Source of the DNA: an uncultured Thermoleophilia bacterium
Lineage (GTDB): Bacteria; Actinomycetota; Thermoleophilia; UBA2241
Length of the DNA: 64,000 bases
Assembly: GCA_963735345.1 (NCBI GenBank)
Contig: CAVTKL010000009.1
Coordinates: forward strand, 6,916 to 70,915
Direction: 5' to 3'
Of the stretch, positions 9,426 to 19,382 are shown one piece after another; within the stretch, counting starts at the first letter, position 1; each line of letters starts with the position of its first letter. The translations under genes were made by a program, and so were the position numbers. Below the pieces are notes generated by a model. That model was not told the origin of the DNA, ran no database searches, and was given only the letters and a program-made list of their open reading frames with translations.

Positions 9426-11711
9426 CTACTCGATGCGTGGCAGGCGCCGGTCGAGCCACTCGGGCAACCACCAGTTCCAGCGCCCGATCAGGCGCATCGC
9501 GGCGGGCACCATCAGGATGCGGATCACGGTCGCGTCGAGCAGGACGGCCACGGCCAGACCCACGCCGATGGCCTTGGTGATGAGGATCGAAGTGAAGGCG
9601 AACGAACTCGCGACCACGACCACGATGAGTGCCGCACTCGTGATGATCCGGCCGGTCTTGGCGAGACCACGACGCACGGCCTCGCGGTTGTCGCCTGTCT
9701 CATCCCAGGACTCTCGCATGCGGGTCAGCAGGAACACCTCGTAGTCCATGGATACGCCGAACACCGTACAGAAGAGCAGGATGGGCAGTTCGGCATCGAT
9801 CGCACCCGTGCTCGAGAAGCCGAACAGCCACTCCAGGTGCCCTTCCTGGAAGACCCATACCATGGCGCCGTAGCCCGCGAGAAGCGAGAGCATGTTCATG
9901 GTGACGGCCTTGATCGGCAGCACGACGCTGCGCAGGAGGACGAGGAGGACGAGCGCCGTCACGCAGACGACGAACAGGATGATCCACGGGAAGCGGTCGG
10001 CGAGCACGCTCAGGAAGTCGTGCACGGCCATGGAGACGCCCGCGACCCGGAGTTCGGCGCCCGGCGGTCCGCCCGCCTCGAGGATCCGCGTCGCCAGGAT
10101 CTGAGACTCTCGCGCCGTCGGCGGAGTCGCCGACACCACACGGAAGAGCGTCGCGCCGGGCGCGGTCGTGACCTCGCGAAGCCGGACCGCCCGCTTGCGC
10201 GCCTCTGCCTCCATCAACCCCTGGATGATGCTCGGCAGGCCCGCTGAAGGGCTCTCGGCGCCGATCTGAGGGCCGCGATCGACCGCCTTCCAGAAGGCCG
10301 CGACGTCCGCCGCGGATTCCATCCCGGAGACATTGACGACGCTGACCACGCGATCCACTCCTGGCAGCGCCTCGAGCCTCTGCCCGTAGGCGAAGAGGCG
10401 CTCGAGATTCTCGGGGTCGAGTGGATCGGACCCGCCCTTCCACGTCACCAGCGTCTCGATGGGCGAGAGCGCCGAGGCGTCGAAGCGGCTCTGGAGGATC
10501 TCGTAGCCCTGCCGGGCCTCCGAGTCCCGTGGAAGGGAGGTGGCGCTCGGGACCTCGGTCGTCAGGCGCGTCGCCGGCCACGCGACCAGCACCATGAGCG
10601 CCACCGTCAGGAGGAGGACGGGAACGGGCCGGCGCATGACCCAGTCTGACCAGCGCCGCCAGAACATGCCTTCTCTGCCCGATCGGCCGACGATCCGCAG
10701 CGCATCGACACGAGGACCGAGCATCCCAAGAAGAGCGGGCAGAAGCGTCAGCGCGGCAAGCACCGAGATGAGCACGACGAGCCCTCCGCCTATTCCCATG
10801 GAACGCATCGACATGAAGGGGATGCTGATGAGCCCCAGCAGCCCGATGACCACGGTGAGCCCCGAGAAGAAGATGGACCTGCCGGCGAACTGGACCGTCC
10901 GTGCAACCGCGTCGTCGACGGGGCGGCCCGCCGCCAATTCCTCTCGAAACCTGCCGACCATGAACAACGCGTAGTCGATCCCGATGGCGAGACCAAGCAA
11001 CGTGGCGACGTTCATGGCGAACACAGAAAGGTCCATGGCCTGGGCCAGCAGCCAGAAGATGCCCAGGGTGACGCTGACCGCCATTGCACCGCAGACCACC
11101 GGGAGGGCGGCGGCAACCAGCGTCCCGAAAATGAGGAGCAGGACGAAGACGGCCACCGGCAGCGTGTAGCCCTCCGCGGTCCGCAGGTCATCCGCCGACT
11201 TCTCCTCCAGTTCCGCGTAGACTGCCGAATCGCCGGTGAGGTATGTCGTGAGGTCGGTGGGCCGCAGGGCCCGGCGGACGCCCTCCACCTGGCCCTGCAC
11301 CTGCTCCGTGCTCGCGTTGAACTCGAGCACGGCGAACGTCGACCGGCCGTCTCGCGAGATGAAGTCCGGATCGCCGGTCGAGGCCGCCGTCTGCACGGCG
11401 ATGAGCCCCGGGAAGCGCTGCGCGTCGATGTTGGCGAGGGCTTCGTCGATCTGAGCGCGAAAACCCGGGGAGCGGGCATCGAGGTGATCGCTGGCGAAGA
11501 CCACCGTCAGGCGGGCCGGACCGAAGCCAAGACGCTTCTGCATCTCTCGCTGACCTTCTTGCGACGGCGAGTCCGGCCGCGTGAAGCCGCCACCCTTCAG
11601 CTGCGAGGGCAGACTGAGCGTGCCCAATAGACCCGCGAGGAACGCCAAGCTCCAGAGGATCACCACCAGGTGGCGCCGGCGATATGAGAACCGCCCCAGG
11701 GCCGCGAACAT
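9426..11711 (-). CDS. MMPL/RND-superfamily membrane transporter
   Basis: Start at the internal Met (MFAALGRFSYRRRHLVV), which avoids overlap with the NUDIX gene. Two 6-TM bundles with large periplasmic loops, typical of the MMPL family. Confidence 0.85.
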   Translation of the reverse strand: MFAALGRFSYRRRHLVVILWSLAFLAGLLGTLSLPSQLKGGGFTRPDSPSQEGQREMQKRLGFGPARLTVVFASDHLDARSPGFRAQIDEALANIDAQRFPGLIAVQTAASTGDPDFISRDGRSTFAVLEFNASTEQVQGQVEGVRRALRPTDLTTYLTGDSAVYAELEEKSADDLRTAEGYTLPVAVFVLLLIFGTLVAAALPVVCGAMAVSVTLGIFWLLAQAMDLSVFAMNVATLLGLAIGIDYALFMVGRFREELAAGRPVDDAVARTVQFAGRSIFFSGLTVVIGLLGLISIPFMSMRSMGIGGGLVVLISVLAALTLLPALLGMLGPRVDALRIVGRSGREGMFWRRWSDWVMRRPVPVLLLTVALMVLVAWPATRLTTEVPSATSLPRDSEARQGYEILQSRFDASALSPIETLVTWKGGSDPLDPENLERLFAYGQRLEALPGVDRVVSVVNVSGMESAADVAAFWKAVDRGPQIGAESPSAGLPSIIQGLMEAEARKRAVRLREVTTAPGATLFRVVSATPPTARESQILATRILEAGGPPGAELRVAGVSMAVHDFLSVLADRFPWIILFVVCVTALVLLVLLRSVVLPIKAVTMNMLSLLAGYGAMVWVFQEGHLEWLFGFSSTGAIDAELPILLFCTVFGVSMDYEVFLLTRMRESWDETGDNREAVRRGLAKTGRIITSAALIVVVVASSFAFTSILITKAIGVGLAVAVLLDATVIRILMVPAAMRLIGRWNWWLPEWLDRRLPRIE

Positions 11712-11839
11712 CTGGGGGCACCTCCTGTGCCGAGGCGGGTCGGGAGCGCCGCGGCAGATCTCCCCACGAAGACGACGGCGCTGTTGGGAACGATATACTA
11801 AGCGGCAGAAAGGGGGGCCTTCGCAGCGGCCCCTATGCC

Positions 11840-12283
11840 GTGACGCATCCAGAGAGAAGGACATCCGCAGGCGGCGTCGTCGTGCGCACAGACGGCGCTC
11901 TGGAGGTCTGCCTTATCAGGCCCAGCGGTCGCGGTCGCAGAGTGTGGGGCCTGCCCAAGGGGGGCATCGAGGAGGGCGAGACCCCAGCGCAAGCCGCCGT
12001 CCGTGAAGTCGCGGAAGAGACGGGCATCACCGCCACCGTCGGCCGGGAGCTGGGTTCCATAGACTACGCCTTCTACTCCCGGGAGAGCGGCGGCCGCATC
12101 CACAAGACGGTGCACTACTTCCTGATGCAGGCCGTCGGCGGCGACACGTCCCGACACGACGACGAGGTCAGAGAAGCCCGCTGGGTGCGCCTGCACGACG
12201 CCCTTCAGATGATGACGTATCCGAACGAGCGGGAGATGGTGCGCCGGGCCGCGGCAGCGGTAGACGATGTCGAAGACGGCTGA
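11840..12283 (+). CDS. NUDIX hydrolase
   Basis: Nudix box GLPKGGIEEGETPAQAAVREVAEETGI. GTG start at 11840 chosen to clear the divergent MMPL start; the start is uncertain. Confidence 0.7.
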   Translation: MTHPERRTSAGGVVVRTDGALEVCLIRPSGRGRRVWGLPKGGIEEGETPAQAAVREVAEETGITATVGRELGSIDYAFYSRESGGRIHKTVHYFLMQAVGGDTSRHDDEVREARWVRLHDALQMMTYPNEREMVRRAAAAVDDVEDG

Positions 12284-12304
12284 CACGCTGAGGTCGAGGC
12301 CAGC

Positions 12305-13141
12305 ATGCGCGTGACGCTTCTGGGCACGGCGGGGTGGATGCCGAGCCGGCACCGCGAGACCACGTGCTTCGCTTCTCGCGCCGACGACGTCCTGTTCATC
12401 TTCGATGCGGGCACGGGCTTGCGCCGTCTCGGCGACGTTGAGCACGCGCACCTTCTCGAAGGCGTCTGTGACATCCACCTCTTCCTGACGCACTATCACC
12501 TCGACCACGTCTGTGGACTCGCCTATCTCCCTGCAGTCCTGCCCGGCCGCCAAGTAACGATCCACGCGCCGACGGCGAGCCTCTCGGGGATCGACCCCGA
12601 GGCGGCCCTGTCCGGCCTGCTCAGACGGCCCTACAACCCACACGACTGGGCCGAGCTCACGCACCTGCGGGTCGAGCCGATCGGACCACAGTCCATCATT
12701 GCCGGCCGGACGGTGAGCGTGCGTCCGCAGAAGCACTCCGACGTGAGCGTCGCCTATCGCGTCGACGACGCCTTGGTCGTCGCCACCGACACGGTGGCCG
12801 ACCCCGGCACAGCAAAATTCGCTGCCGGGGTCGGCCTGCTCCTCCACGAAGCCTGGTACTGCACCGCCGACGTGGCCGACGTCGTCGCCGGCCCGCCTCC
12901 CGGGTACGCAGCGCACAGCGAGGCCGCGGAGGTCGGTCGTCTCGCGAGTGATGCCGGCGTTGGTCGGCTGGTGCTCATCCACCTTGACCCGCGGCGCAGC
13001 GAGAGCGCGAACGCTGTGCTGGCAGCTGCTGCCAGAAGCGCGTTCGGCGCGACGGAGCTCCTTGCCGACGGCGCTGTCGTCGACACCGAGGAACAAGACG
13101 TGCTTGCCGGCGGCTTGGGCACCACGTCAGGCGAGACATGA
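12305..13141 (+). CDS. MBL-fold metallo-hydrolase
   Basis: 278 aa. THYHLDH metal-binding motif with downstream His/Asp ligands. Confidence 0.8.
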   Translation: MRVTLLGTAGWMPSRHRETTCFASRADDVLFIFDAGTGLRRLGDVEHAHLLEGVCDIHLFLTHYHLDHVCGLAYLPAVLPGRQVTIHAPTASLSGIDPEAALSGLLRRPYNPHDWAELTHLRVEPIGPQSIIAGRTVSVRPQKHSDVSVAYRVDDALVVATDTVADPGTAKFAAGVGLLLHEAWYCTADVADVVAGPPPGYAAHSEAAEVGRLASDAGVGRLVLIHLDPRRSESANAVLAAAARSAFGATELLADGAVVDTEEQDVLAGGLGTTSGET

Positions 13142-13674
13142 GCCTGTTCCGCAACAAGCGCTTCCTCGTGGTGTTCGTCGTCATCGTCGCCTTCGCCACC
13201 ATAGTCCTGCCCGCGCTCGTCGCCTACCGGTACACCGCACAGGAACAGCGCGGCGAGTTCGTCCGGCGGCCCTGGCGCGGCTGGGCCTTCACGTATGCCG
13301 CGCTCGCCGTACCCGCAGACTCCCGCCTCAAGACGTCCGGCATGGCATTGCGCAAGGCCGACTGGCTCTTCAAGGGCACCGCGGTAGACCCCCGGGAGGT
13401 CCAACTCCTGTTCGGGCCCCAGGACGTTCCGTTCACCCTCAGCCACGACATCGGAGCCCGCTCGGTCACCTCGACCGTCACCCCGAGCTACCGGTTCATC
13501 TGGCTCGTGCGTGGGTCCATCGCGACGATCCCCGACTCTTCAAGGACCATCGTCGCGCTGCTCGACTACCAGACAGGCCGCGTGCTCTACGACGTTCGCG
13601 ACGACCTCTTGCCGCCGGAGCTGACGCCCTCGCCATCGGCCGCGCCGACGCCAGACCCGACCGCTGTCCCTTGA
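13138..13674 (+). CDS. hypothetical signal-anchored extracytoplasmic protein
   Basis: 178 aa. N-terminal TM (FLVVFVVIVAFATIVLPALVAY) and a Pro/Ser-rich C-terminus. ATGA overlap with the MBL gene. No recognisable family. Confidence 0.5.
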   Translation: MSLFRNKRFLVVFVVIVAFATIVLPALVAYRYTAQEQRGEFVRRPWRGWAFTYAALAVPADSRLKTSGMALRKADWLFKGTAVDPREVQLLFGPQDVPFTLSHDIGARSVTSTVTPSYRFIWLVRGSIATIPDSSRTIVALLDYQTGRVLYDVRDDLLPPELTPSPSAAPTPDPTAVP

Positions 13675-13687
13675 GACAGGCCAGGCC

Positions 13688-14527
13688 ATGAAGACCGTCG
13701 CCGTCGCCTTCTACCAGACTCCCTGGTTCCAGGCGATCCTGATCGTACTGATCGCCATCATCGCGGCGCGCATCGTCGACGCGCTCCTGGCACGACGCGA
13801 CGGCGCCATGACGAGGCTGCTCGGCAAGGAGCCGGACAGCGCCGGGCGGACCCGCTTCGTCATGGTCCGCCGTCTGGCGCAGGCGTCGATCCTCTTCGTC
13901 GGCGTCGCCTTCGCCCTCAGCAAGTTCCCCGTGGTGGCCAACTTGGCTCAGGCCATGCTGGCCTCCGTGGCGATCTTCGCCGCCGTCATCGGCATCGCCG
14001 CCCGCGCCCCCCTGGCGAATCTGGTGAGCGGCGTCATGATCGCCTTCTCGCAACCGGTCCGTCTGGGCGACTACATCAGCGTCGACGACGTCTACGGGAC
14101 CGTCGAGGAGATCGGCCTCACCTACACCTTCATCCGCACACACGACAGCCGCCGCGTCGTCATCCCCAATGAGGTCTTCGCCAGCAGGGCGGTCAGCAAC
14201 TACTCGATGGGGTCGCCGGGGAGCATGGTGGAGGTGAGCTTCGCGGTGCCCCCGACGGTCGACCTCGAGAAGGTGCGCGCCGCGGCGCTCGAAGTCGCGG
14301 ATCGTCTCGCCCCCGCTCCCGAAGGCGCCGGCAACAGCGTCCACGTCCGGGGCCTCGGCGCCAGCGACGTGACTCTTGCGGTCCACGCCTGGGCGGCCGA
14401 ACCGCTGGGGCGGCGCCTGCTCGCCAGCGACCTGCGCGCCGCGATCCTGACGCGGATCGTCCGCGACGACCTCCTCGGCCAGGCATCCGGCAAGGAGGAG
14501 CGGGCGGTGGAGGATCACCCTGGCTGA
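13688..14527 (+). CDS. small-conductance mechanosensitive channel (MscS family)
   Basis: 279 aa. 3 TM helices followed by the MscS beta domain (GDYISVDDVYGTVEEIGLTYTFIRTHDSRRVVIPNE). Confidence 0.85.
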   Translation: MKTVAVAFYQTPWFQAILIVLIAIIAARIVDALLARRDGAMTRLLGKEPDSAGRTRFVMVRRLAQASILFVGVAFALSKFPVVANLAQAMLASVAIFAAVIGIAARAPLANLVSGVMIAFSQPVRLGDYISVDDVYGTVEEIGLTYTFIRTHDSRRVVIPNEVFASRAVSNYSMGSPGSMVEVSFAVPPTVDLEKVRAAALEVADRLAPAPEGAGNSVHVRGLGASDVTLAVHAWAAEPLGRRLLASDLRAAILTRIVRDDLLGQASGKEERAVEDHPG

Positions 14528-14570
14528 GGCCTCCCAGGTCGCCTCCGACGCGGCGTCGAGGCGCCTGCGG

Positions 14571-15764
14571 GTGCAGGCGATCGTCGCGGCCGTAGGCAGC
14601 CGCATCCTCATCTTCGCCGTGGCCTTCGCCGCCGCGACCCTCATCGGCGTCAAGGATCTGCCGATCAACTGGCGCTTCCCGTCCGGAGCAGAGGTCTTCA
14701 CTGGAGCGCTGGGGCACCTCCTCAATCCGTGGGCCCACTGGGACGGCGTCTGGCTCATCAAGATCGCCATCAGCGGCTACGCGGACGAGGGTGGCAGCAC
14801 CGCCTTCTTCCCTCTCCTGCCCTCGCTGCTGCGCTACGTCGGTATCCTCTTCGGCGGCAACCTGGTGATCACCGGCATCGTCATCTCCCTGGTCTGCTTC
14901 GGCGGAAGCGCGTGGCTCCTCCATCGACTCGTGCGCACCGACTTCGACGAGGTCATCGCTTCGCGCACTGTCGTCTACCTCGCCATCGGCCCACTCTCGT
15001 TCTTCTTCCAGGCGGTGTACACGGAGTCGCTCTTCCTCCTGCTCTCGCTGGCCTGCTTCGTGTTCGCCCGCGAGGGTCGCCTGCGACTCGCGGGCGTCAT
15101 GGGCCTCCTCGCCGTCCTCACGCGCAGCACAGGCGTCCTTCTGCTCATCCCCATGACCTACTACTACTATCAGCGGCGCGACTGGAAGCTACGCCGCACC
15201 GATTCTCACGTCGCCAATCTCCTCATGATCCCCGAGGGGCTCCTGGTGTGGATGACCTACCTCAGTCTGGCCTTCGGCAACCCGTTCTCATTCGCGGGAG
15301 CTCAGACGCAGTGGGCACGCATGCTGGCGGCGCCCAACTACACCGTCGGACGCGCCGTCGCCGCTGCCTACGAGGGAGTCAAACAGATCGTCGCGACAGA
15401 ATACGGCGCCCTCTCGTTGAACATGCCCAACCGCTGGGGCGCCGTGGACCTCGCGGCCACGAACATCATCGCCCTCGGCGCGCTAGTCATTGCGGCGCTG
15501 CTCCTGTGGTATGGCGCCCGTCGTCTGCCACCGGCGTACTCGCTGTTCGCTCTGGCTTCCCTGGTGTTCCCGCTGTTCTTCCCGGCGCACTCCGTGCCGC
15601 TCATGTCCTTCCCGCGGTTCGCGCTCACCGTGTTTCCGCTCTACATCTCGCTGGCGCTGTTCACGCGCGATCGGCGGTGGGCTCACGTCACGGTCGTGGC
15701 CGCGGGACTGCTGCTCCTCGTGCTGCTCACCGCGAAGTTCGCACTCTTCAGCTGGGTGGCGTAG
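14571..15764 (+). CDS. GT-C fold integral-membrane glycosyltransferase, PIG-V/Mannosyl_trans2-like
   Basis: 397 aa polytopic membrane protein. Motif NPWAHWDGVWLIKIAISGY...AFFPLLP resembles the WDxxWY..IA..GY / AFFPLYP signature of GPI-mannosyltransferase-2-like bacterial enzymes. Confidence 0.55.
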   Translation: MQAIVAAVGSRILIFAVAFAAATLIGVKDLPINWRFPSGAEVFTGALGHLLNPWAHWDGVWLIKIAISGYADEGGSTAFFPLLPSLLRYVGILFGGNLVITGIVISLVCFGGSAWLLHRLVRTDFDEVIASRTVVYLAIGPLSFFFQAVYTESLFLLLSLACFVFAREGRLRLAGVMGLLAVLTRSTGVLLLIPMTYYYYQRRDWKLRRTDSHVANLLMIPEGLLVWMTYLSLAFGNPFSFAGAQTQWARMLAAPNYTVGRAVAAAYEGVKQIVATEYGALSLNMPNRWGAVDLAATNIIALGALVIAALLLWYGARRLPPAYSLFALASLVFPLFFPAHSVPLMSFPRFALTVFPLYISLALFTRDRRWAHVTVVAAGLLLLVLLTAKFALFSWVA

Positions 15765-15769
15765 AGGGA

Positions 15770-17299
15770 TCAGTCCCCGAGCGGCGCCGTTCGCCTGAAG
15801 ACGTGCACACCGTCCATCGAGAAGACGCTGTGGAAGCGGTCGTCCGCCATCAGGTCACGGAGGGCCTGCGCGTGGACGGCCGCATCCTCCCTGTCGTACA
15901 CGAACGGATGACGCTCGTCGACCAGTATCCACTCCGCGGCGTCGTAGTACGGGAAGACATAGGCGACCCTTCTCGCCGCCAGTTGCGCCCCGGCGTTGTT
16001 GTTCGCGGAGACCCTGGCATCGTCCGGGATGAGACGGACCGCCTCATCGAGCGCCGCACTGTGGGCGTTCCGCGCGTAGTACCCGCCGTAGGTGGAGCTC
16101 GGGAACGGGAGCGGGCCAAGCAGGTAGTTGCCGGCGAGCGCGCACAGGACGACCAGCGCCGCGATCGTCGTGCGCCGCACGCGCTCACTGGCCATTGCCT
16201 GCTCGGCGCGCCGGAAGCCGCCGCCGAGCCAGCGCCATAGGCGCATGAGGCCGAAGACAGTCGCGACGGTGAGGAACGGAATGGTGAGCGCGGAGTAGTG
16301 GAACTCGATGCGACGCTGGTATGGCGTCGCTGAAAGCGCATTCAACATGAGCTCCGGCGCCGCGATGAGCGTGGTGATGGGACTCAGCAAGGAGAGAAAC
16401 CCGAAGGGCCACAGCAACCGTAGCCAGTAGGTCAGATTCGCCGTCGCCAAGACGTCGCCGATCGTCTGGACCGGGTCGGAGAGCATCGTCGTGATCACCT
16501 GACCCGCGCCTTCCCCGTACTCGCCGTACCTCGCGATGAAGGCGCTCTGACTCAGATTGAAACGCGGGATGACGACCCAGACCGCGCCGGCGAAGTACGC
16601 GCCGGCGAGCGCCGTCACGATCAAGGGCCGCCAGGAACGCTTGCGCAAGGCGAAGTACGCGCCCATCACGCCGATGACCAGCGGCACCGTCTCCTTGCAG
16701 AGCGCCGCCAGCACAAGGAAGACGCCGGCACGCAGCCAGCGGTCCTCCTCCATGTACAGGAACGCCCAGATCAGCAGCGGCGTCGCGAGAGCCACGGGGT
16801 GGAACTCGTTGAGCACCAGAAAGCCGGTGGCGGGGTAGAGCAGGTAGGCGCCCGCCAGAAGAGCGCCGACGCGTGGGTCACGCGTGACGCGGGCGCCCAG
16901 ACGAAACACCGGCCAGGCGCCCGTGGCGACGATCGCGGACTGCAGGACGAGGAGCATCACGGGGCTGGGCCAGACCAGCCACGGCAGCGCGAACAGCGCG
17001 AGGATCGGGTCGACATGGGAGCCCAGCCGCGACATCTGGCGCGGCTGGGCCTCTCCCGTGGTGATCTCCAAGAAACGCCCGTGCGCCGTGTTGTACACGG
17101 CTTGTGTCATGTTGCCGAGATCGAAGCGGGCGTCCATGTAGGCGCGGTACTTGAGCCACGAGAGTACGCCGTACAGCCCCGCAAAGAGCAGCGCGCCGAC
17201 AATGACGTACACGGCGCTGCGCCGGAACAGCCGCGTGCGGTCCTCAGGCGCAAGCTCACCGACCGGCGAGAGCGCGAACAGCCTCACCTGGCTCTCCAT
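15770..17299 (-). CDS. DUF2079-family polytopic membrane protein (GT-C-like)
   Basis: Start at the internal Met (MESQVRLF). N-terminal ARFDLGNMTQAVYNTAHG motif and 10 or more TM helices. Confidence 0.6.
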   Translation of the reverse strand: MESQVRLFALSPVGELAPEDRTRLFRRSAVYVIVGALLFAGLYGVLSWLKYRAYMDARFDLGNMTQAVYNTAHGRFLEITTGEAQPRQMSRLGSHVDPILALFALPWLVWPSPVMLLVLQSAIVATGAWPVFRLGARVTRDPRVGALLAGAYLLYPATGFLVLNEFHPVALATPLLIWAFLYMEEDRWLRAGVFLVLAALCKETVPLVIGVMGAYFALRKRSWRPLIVTALAGAYFAGAVWVVIPRFNLSQSAFIARYGEYGEGAGQVITTMLSDPVQTIGDVLATANLTYWLRLLWPFGFLSLLSPITTLIAAPELMLNALSATPYQRRIEFHYSALTIPFLTVATVFGLMRLWRWLGGGFRRAEQAMASERVRRTTIAALVVLCALAGNYLLGPLPFPSSTYGGYYARNAHSAALDEAVRLIPDDARVSANNNAGAQLAARRVAYVFPYYDAAEWILVDERHPFVYDREDAAVHAQALRDLMADDRFHSVFSMDGVHVFRRTAPLGD

Positions 17300-18183
17300 C
17301 GCCGTATGAGAACGTCGGCGCCCACCGTCAGGCCGACGAACCCCAACTCGACCACCGTCACCCAGAGGCGCAGGAAGAGCGCCCAAGCGAGCGCCACGCC
17401 ACCAGGAAGCCAGCGCGCCAGCGACGCCGTCAGCACGGCCTCACGGACCCCGATCCCCGAGGGGAAGATGAACGCCGCCATGCCCGCGACGTACGCGAGC
17501 GCATAGGCGGCGATGACCAGGGGCAGCGCTTCCACCGGGAGATCGACAAGCCCCCGTCCGAGGAGCCAGGCGCCGGCGCCGGCCAAGAGCCAGGTGGCGG
17601 TGTAGTAGACCAGCAGCGCCACGACCCGGCCAAACGGCAGGACGACGCCCAAGGGAGGTCGCCGCAGCAGGCGAAGCAGGCGTGCGGCCAGCGGGCCGAA
17701 CACGCGCGGATGCAGCAGGCCGACGAGGATGGGGAGAGCGATCAGGCCGAGCGCCGTCAAGCCAGGACGGTACTCCCAGAAGGGAAAGAGGACGGCCAGC
17801 ATCACCAGCGCCGAACACACACCCAGGGCCTGCTCGTACACCATCGCGGCGCTGACGCGCTCCACCGACAAGCCCTGGGCGTGACACATCCAGGCGCGAC
17901 CGACGAACATGAAGACGTTGCCCGGCAGATAGCGGGCGAGGATCGACTTGGCCCACGTCGCGGTAGCGACAGAGAGCGGGCTGTCCAGCTGGAAGCCCCT
18001 CAGGAGGAGCCACCAGGCAAAGGCCTGCGCAAAGTAGAACGCGAGGAAGGCCAGAGCCGACAGAAAGAGCCAGCCGGGACGCATCGTCCAGTCGTAGCCC
18101 TCGATACTCGTCCACGAGCGCCGCAGATAGGCGACCAGGAAGTAGAGGATCGCCGCGAGCAGAAGGATCTGGGCGACGCGCAT
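17284..18183 (-). CDS. flippase-like membrane protein (UPF0104 / LPG-synthase TM-region family)
   Basis: Start at the internal Met (MRVAQILLLAAILYF). 8 TM helices; this family is often paired with GT2 genes. 16-nt overlap with the upstream DUF2079 gene. Confidence 0.6.
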   Translation of the reverse strand: MRVAQILLLAAILYFLVAYLRRSWTSIEGYDWTMRPGWLFLSALAFLAFYFAQAFAWWLLLRGFQLDSPLSVATATWAKSILARYLPGNVFMFVGRAWMCHAQGLSVERVSAAMVYEQALGVCSALVMLAVLFPFWEYRPGLTALGLIALPILVGLLHPRVFGPLAARLLRLLRRPPLGVVLPFGRVVALLVYYTATWLLAGAGAWLLGRGLVDLPVEALPLVIAAYALAYVAGMAAFIFPSGIGVREAVLTASLARWLPGGVALAWALFLRLWVTVVELGFVGLTVGADVLIRRWRAR

Positions 18184-18263
18184 GGCGGGACGGACCCAAG
18201 GCCGCGTGGGGCGCGGCGGGAGGGCATCCGGTGGCACGCCGCTCGGCTCACCGGGCGCGAAGT

Positions 18264-19382
18264 TCACAGATCGTCCAGAGCCGCGAGGAGCGTGCCGGCC
18301 ACAACGCTCGGGGTGAGCGAACGACGATAGAGCGCCAAGGCGCCGGCGCCCAGACGCGCGCGCTCGCCGCCGTCGAGCATATCCCTGAGCGCCTCCGCCA
18401 AGGACTCGGCGTCGGCGGTCGGCACAAGGACGGCGTTCACGCCATCCCTCAGGACTTCGCGAGCGCCCAGGGTGTCGGCAGTGATGAGCGGCCTGCCGCA
18501 GCTCAGCGCGTCGTACACCTTGTTGGGCACCACGCGCGCCGCTTTCTCCGAGCCCCCGAAGACCCCGAGACAAACGTCTGCGGCCAGTGTCTGGGCGCGC
18601 AACGACGCAGGGTGAAGAGCGCCCAGCCACTCAACATTGGCGAGCCGCCGCGAGGCGATCAGTCCCCTGAGCGACGCCGAGAGCTGGCCCTCTCCTGCCA
18701 GGACAAAACGGAACGGCTCGTGGCGCAGCAGACCAGCTGCCTCCACGACTGTCTCGGCGCCGTGCAGAGGGCTCCACTTGCCATACTGGAACACCCTGAG
18801 GGGCTCGCCGGCCTGCAGGCGACGGGCGCTGCCATCGGCGCCAAGCGCCGGGAGCGCCCCGACCGGGACCACGGCAAGGCGCCGATCGGGCATGCGGAAG
18901 GCCGACCGGTAGTACGCCGCGTGAGCTCGAGTGTCGGCGAGCACGAGGTCCGGCAGCGCGAAGGCAGCTCGGTCGACGGCGCGCACGGCGCGCGCCTTCC
19001 ACCCCCCCTCGGCGACCAGACCGCGGTCCCCCGCGAAAGTGTCCGTCAGCGAGACCAAGGGATCGAACACGAGCCGCGTGCGCAGGAGCGTCGCGACCGC
19101 GCGCCCGAGCGGGACCACGAAGTGCCCAGGATAGCCGACGATCAGCGCCTCCACCGGGACGCGACCGCGGAGCTGAGCAAGCAACGCCACATGGGCCGCG
19201 GCAAGCGCCGCAGCCAGCCGGGCGACCCCTCGCGGCGTCGTCATCTCGACGGCCGTCAGCGACGGAAGAGGCGCCCTGACCTCATGGACCGTGACCCCTA
19301 GCTCACGCAGCCCGGCGATGACGACGGCGCTGCGCGGATAGTCAGGGTCGTACGTCCCGAAGTAGGCGACTGCGCGGGTCAC
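18264..19382 (-). CDS. glycosyltransferase family 4 (GT-B)
   Basis: C-terminal GT4 motif (VVPNKVYDALSCGRPLITADT...E). GTG start at 19382 forms a GTGA overlap with the upstream GT2 stop. Confidence 0.8.
   Translation of the reverse strand: MTRAVAYFGTYDPDYPRSAVVIAGLRELGVTVHEVRAPLPSLTAVEMTTPRGVARLAAALAAAHVALLAQLRGRVPVEALIVGYPGHFVVPLGRAVATLLRTRLVFDPLVSLTDTFAGDRGLVAEGGWKARAVRAVDRAAFALPDLVLADTRAHAAYYRSAFRMPDRRLAVVPVGALPALGADGSARRLQAGEPLRVFQYGKWSPLHGAETVVEAAGLLRHEPFRFVLAGEGQLSASLRGLIASRRLANVEWLGALHPASLRAQTLAADVCLGVFGGSEKAARVVPNKVYDALSCGRPLITADTLGAREVLRDGVNAVLVPTADAESLAEALRDMLDGGERARLGAGALALYRRSLTPSVVAGTLLAALDDL

Noticed and set aside
9393-11864. ORFs 9393-10247 +, 9700-10581 -, and the 5' extension of the MMPL ORF to 11864
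   Set aside because: Antisense or overlapping artefacts. The MMPL extension would overlap the NUDIX gene and precedes the first TM segment.
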